From Coniocarpon cinnabarinum (taxonomy: Eukaryota): a stretch of DNA of 41,209 nt. Positions 36,885 to 41,209 of this stretch are shown here, in pieces; the stretch's first letter is position 1; every line of letters begins with the position of its first letter. The stretch is from positions 1 to 41,209 of the forward strand of contig JAVECO010000194.1 in assembly GCA_051942205.1 (NCBI GenBank), in the 5' to 3' direction. The notes under the pieces were generated by a model. That model was not told the origin of the DNA. It was given only the letters and a program-made list of their open reading frames with translations, and searched no databases. The translations under genes were made by a program, and so were the position numbers.

Positions 36885-37241
36885 ACCTTTTTTGAGACCG
36901 AGCCGCTTTACACACAATGCCATTGTCATACACAGCTAGATCCGATTTTTTGGATAGGCCAACCCTGCAATATGATCCTGATCCATGGTCAACTGTGATT
37001 AATAGCGAACAGCTGTACACAGACTATCCATATTGCTTAGATGGAGGGACAACAACGACATTGGTTGTCCGCTTTCACTCGATTGCTAGTAGATGCATAT
37101 ACGAGATTATCGCGTTGGGTAAGACATTGCGCAGTATGAACCATCATTCGCCCAAGTCGCTACTGGTACTATTGTATGCCCAAAGTGCTTGACTAAGGTC
37201 AGTCAGGGTGTATTGTGTACTGCTTTGTCGCTAATAATGGG

Positions 37242-37253
37242 TTTTTTTTTTTT
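37242..37253 (+). repeat. Poly(T)12 homopolymer
   Basis: Directly visible run. Confidence 0.9.
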
Positions 37254-38272
37254 CATAACGTCTGCTAGACAAATAAAGATATGTTAGTAGATTGGAGAAG
37301 TCAACCATTCTCATGCGCTACTTACAGATGAGGAGAGGTCCATAGATTGGAGAAGTAGTGAGGTGGCAATCGTAGAGAGGTGCCGCCTCTAGGTACGTCT
37401 GAATCTTGAAGGTGCGGATAGCTCTACTGCGCAACATCATCTTTGCTGTGCCTGCAGGTTGTTGGTGCTGTCATATGGGGACTGAGGGACGTGGCAACCG
37501 GCTGCATCCCGTACTACTCGGATCGGAACGGAGAATTCAGTCACGATTTTGATGACCCGTGGCAATTGCTTGCCGCCGCATCCGACCGGTCCAACTAGAT
37601 CCATACTAGCCCCTTGTTGGCGAAAATGCATCAGATGACGGAGACAGCAAGACTGAAAAGCGGCAAGCAGACGGGAAGTACCGCACCTGCTGCTTGACCT
37701 CCGTTGACGGACACTAAATGCGTGGAGTTAGATGTCCCTCACCTGCATGCAGCATCATTATGCTATGTCACGCACGTGGCCGCACTGCAGATTAGCACAC
37801 TTGCCCAAGGTCCCCTACAGCGACTTTGGCTTTCCTGTGCAAGTTCGTCGAAGTTGTACTTCCTTGGAGGACCTGAGTGACGTGGCATCTTCACAAGTCT
37901 CGGAAGCCTACGGATCAGAGATCACTGTACATGCCGTTGGTAAGTATCGACAATGTCTTGACCCAATAGTCTCTAGTTGACACCTTTAGACACATCTGTT
38001 AGTATGCAAGGTCTGAAAACCTTTTAAGGACAGCTCGCATCGAAAGATTCTTTGAACAGCTCAGCAAATAGACTACTTGAAAATGTAGCCGTGCTGTTTG
38101 CGCGCGCGCAATTAATGTATAAAAGAACTGCTTTGCCCACACAAGAATGGAATCCGCTCTTTAGACACTCCTTTTTTACTCGATTTGTTCGCTCAGCAAT
38201 CAAGAGAAATATCGATCCGTTGTTTCGCGTCTAGGTTATATCCTTATTCTTATTTCCACATACGTCGCAAAA

Positions 38273-39098
38273 ATGAGTCAGTCGGGACAAAAACCGACAA
38301 AAGAAATAGAACCCCATCCGGATCATGAGAGAATTAGGAATTTCATAATGAACGGCAATCATTTTACCCCTGACAAGCTGTTTTCTGACTTTGCAACGCG
38401 TGCGCACAACAAACAGAAAGTAGGAGAACAACTTGACAAGCAAAACGCGCTGGGTCCTTTTGCGCGTTAGCGCACTGCACGACTGGGTGAAAAAATTGCA
38501 TCCATCATATTTAGGAGCCAAGGAGCGTGCAGAAGCCAAGAATGCGGCTAGCTCTAAGGCACCAGCCGGACCATCCCAAGCACCATCTGGACCATCCCAA
38601 GTACCACCCGGACCATCCCAAGCACCAGCCGATCTTACCAAATTCACCGCCGTTCCCTTGGCTGCCGATCGTCAACCAAATTTACAATACAAGCCGCTCT
38701 ATTCTCGCGCCGGGAAACTATCGAGTGATCAGCGGCCATGGTTACCAAGGGATAAAGATCTAGGCATTCTGGTCTCTCGACAACCTCGCACCAGTGGTCA
38801 GGCCGGGAATACTGTAGGCACAAAGTTCAACGACGCTGTTAAAAGCAGACTTCACGATCCTGCTTCTTACAGATCGGGTAACAAAACTGTCGATCTCGGG
38901 AACGGCAAAGTACGCGTTTTTACAAGCGCGCTGTGGTGGCGGCTGTTTCTTTCCGATGCGGCTCTGTCTGGGTGGTCCGAAAACGACCTGAACTACTCCC
39001 ATCTCATGCAAGCGTACGCGACTAACTGGGCCAATCTTTGGGCTGACAATATGAATGACGAGGAGCGCAGAATTTACGGCGTCAAGATAACGCGCTAG
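38273..39098 (+). pseudogene. Tandem-array paralogue, copy 6, split by a 1-nt frameshift (about 274 aa if repaired)
   Basis: The N-terminus MSQSGQ...PHPDHERIRNFI is in ORF 38273-38470. The remainder RVSALHDWVKKL...PWLPRDKD...ALWWRLFLSDAALSGW-x21-W...IYGV is in the +1 frame (ORF 38433-39098). Deleting one T from TTTT 38458-38461 fuses them. Confidence 0.72.
38559..38630 (+). repeat. 21-bp coding tandem repeat (about 3.4 units) encoding GPSQ(A/V)P(S/P/A)
   Basis: gcaccagcc|ggaccatcccaagcaccatct|ggaccatcccaagtaccaccc|ggaccatcccaagcaccagcc. Confidence 0.95.
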
Positions 39099-39746
39099 CA
39101 AAAAGACCAAAACGCTGCGGGTGAAGTGGGTTCACAGCCATCCTAAACTACCGCGCCTGCAAATCGTTCGCCATCTTTAACTGGAGCGAAACGATCACAC
39201 CATGTCGCGATCGGCACGCAAGGAAAGAACAACTTCATTGCAGATTGCTATGGAGAGGCAGAGTCTTGCTGTACTGGCTAAGTCAATAGTACAATGTATG
39301 ATGCTCTTTCCAGCCGTGTCCATTGCGTTGCGAATCAGCTCTCCATGCTGTGGATTGTAGTCAGCAGTAGACATGCGCAAGCAGACGTATAGAGTAGTAC
39401 CTCAAATTCTTGTTGAGACTTGAGTATCTCTAATGTATGTAAGTCTTGATCGCATATAGGATGAAGCTGATGATGAGTGAAGAGCGAACTGGGACAAAGC
39501 TAAGTAACATAGCAGACAATATGCCCTTGTAACCCATACACGGAATTGCCTCGTATATAGAGATCGACACGTTGCCCCACACTTTCGCTTAGTGCTATAC
39601 TGTTTGCCGAAGCAAGCGTCTGGATGACGTAACGCAGCCAATTGGGTTCTGATTAAAACGGTTCATGAACTTCTCCAGAGTCCGTGTTAGGAGCATGAGC
39701 ATCCATCTCATCTCCTTTCGAAATTCTGAGCGCCACAAGTCTGTAG

Positions 39747-40894
39747 TCAACGCTGCAGCCTCGCACACGTCTCAAGCGCCCTCCGGCGCTGCTGTTTGGG
39801 GCCAAAGACAGAGGCAAATATGTCTTCTGGTGGAGAAAAGGAGATTGGCCGAGATGGTTGAGGTGGCGATCCTGCTCTGGGTTGTTGTTTCTTCTTCCTT
39901 CTGCGTCGCTCCTCATGGGACAGAGAATCGGTGCAACGGTCAGCTAATGCTTCTGCAGGTATACCGAACGCTGCACAGGACAGCAGGTGGGTTCGCGGGT
40001 CAACTATCCCTCTAGATGGGTGTCGCTCTGGCAGAATGTAGCAGCGACATTTCATTGCCTGGAGCATTTCCTCAACCCCGTGTGTATTCCACCCAGGCAC
40101 AACTCTTTTGCCTTCCAAGGCCATATTCTGGGTCTCGCACACTCGCAATCCAGTCTGACCTTCATCTTGCGAATCTGCATTGTTCGTGGCCATCTTCAGA
40201 GGGTCACTCGTACAGAAACTACCTTGAACAAGTGTATTTCCGGCATACTCGTCTGGTACTTCTTCACATTGTGCAAAAGGAGTTTGCTTTATCCGCACGG
40301 CAAGCGCCTCAAATCTGGGCGGGGCTGCATCCTCATCGTGTGAAGAACTGTCAACAGGGTCTCCAGGAGCTGATCGAGCTTTCAGCGACAAGCTTGCGCT
40401 CTTTTCATGCTCACGGTCGTCGTTCTTGTCTTTGTGAGCTGCGATACTTCTTGGAAGTATCTCAAGTTGAAGCTTTGTTCCTTCAAGTGCAGCAACAGTC
40501 CTTCTGTCAAGGAAGGTGAATATGTCGTTGTTGCAGCGGCGGATCTCCTGTCTATGCTTGTCCAAATCCGCGCAGCTATCTCGAATTAGCACCCAAATCT
40601 GATGGGGTACTTTTCTGTCTTCTACGTCTTTGTATTGAGCTATCATCGAAGCTAAGCCTGGTACAACAATTCTGCAGCTGCTAAGGATGTCGTTCCATTC
40701 CTGCAAGTCATGCTCCTTCCTCACATGCAAAGACTCTGAGCATTCCTTTTTGCCCGTCTCAGTTGACTCTGAAGCATACGCAGCTCCAGAGTGATATCTG
40801 CATAATCTCTACAGGTATCATTCCATGCTCGATAAGCTTTGACGGCAAGACTTAGCGCTATTGCTATGTCTGAGACAGGGAGACGGAAGGACGT
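39747..40894 (-). pseudogene. Putative HeLo-like (fungal STAND/NLR N-terminal-type) domain gene, frameshifted and lacking an in-frame ATG at the expected start
   Basis: Minus strand from 40894 reads TSFRLPVSDIAIALSLAVKAYRAWNDTCRDYADITLELRMLQSQLRRAK. After a frame change at the A5 run (plus-strand T 40747-40751) it reads KECSESLHVRKEHDLQEWNDILSSCRIVVPGLASMIAQYKDV...IWVLIR. This follows the MSFGFSxxD...EL..L...L...C..L..L...Y....W pattern of such domains. Confidence 0.55.
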
Positions 40895-41209
40895 AGTCTG
40901 AGTTTAGGATTTCAGGCCGGGAATGGAACAATAGCAGCTGCCAGGATGGTGCGAATGGGGTTGAACGTTGGTCCGGCAACGTCAGAGAAGGTTTAGGTTG
41001 TCGAGTGACAGACTTTCACGACCATGAGTTGCGAAACGGTCAGCAGCGGCGATGGAGGAGACCACATAATGGTTTAGACATCAAGCACTGCTTCTGAGGT
41101 CGAAAAGATGGGGCGCCAATGCGGCAGAACGAAGATAACCTATTCTGTTTGCCTGTTGCACATCGTTGGTGGATGGCTATTCAGACTACCCATGTTATGA
41201 ACTTAGGGG

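Noticed and set aside
37288..37356. 14-nt direct repeat TAGATTGGAGAAGT x2 containing reverse CCAAT boxes
   Set aside because: Only two short copies far from an identified start; not enough support for a functional call.
28295..39098. Array interpreted as secreted effectors, transposon copies or a CRISPR-like array
   Set aside because: No signal peptides or Cys-rich pattern; no terminal repeats, target-site duplications or transposase/RT motifs seen; the units are whole diverged genes in a eukaryote, not repeat-spacer units.

Overview
Eukaryotic genomic DNA from a filamentous ascomycete (Pezizomycotina-type genes with short GT-AG introns and CTAAC/CTGAC-like branch points). The left part (1-21.3 kb) is a dense block of mostly conserved genes: MGM101, an HVA22/TB2-DP1 protein, an NRDE/TANGO2 protein, two RRM proteins, a TTL-family ligase, a nitrilase-family hydrolase, eIF3L, 3-hydroxyacyl-CoA dehydrogenase, a PaaI/ACOT13 thioesterase, LCL3 nuclease and two unknowns. 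A large GPI-type cell-wall protein follows at 22.7-26.4 kb. The right part (28.3-39.1 kb) holds a head-to-tail array of six strongly diverged, intronless paralogues of a family I do not recognise. They share HxxIxx(F/W/Y)L, WxPxxxD and LWWxLxLxD motifs and W-x21-W spacing. Their upstream non-coding DNA is homologous between copies. One copy has TAG at two conserved Trp positions (RIP or A-to-I recoding) and another has a 1-nt frameshift. A frameshifted HeLo-like (fungal NLR N-terminal-type) gene lies convergent to the array. All gene models and alignments were made by eye; no database searches were run.
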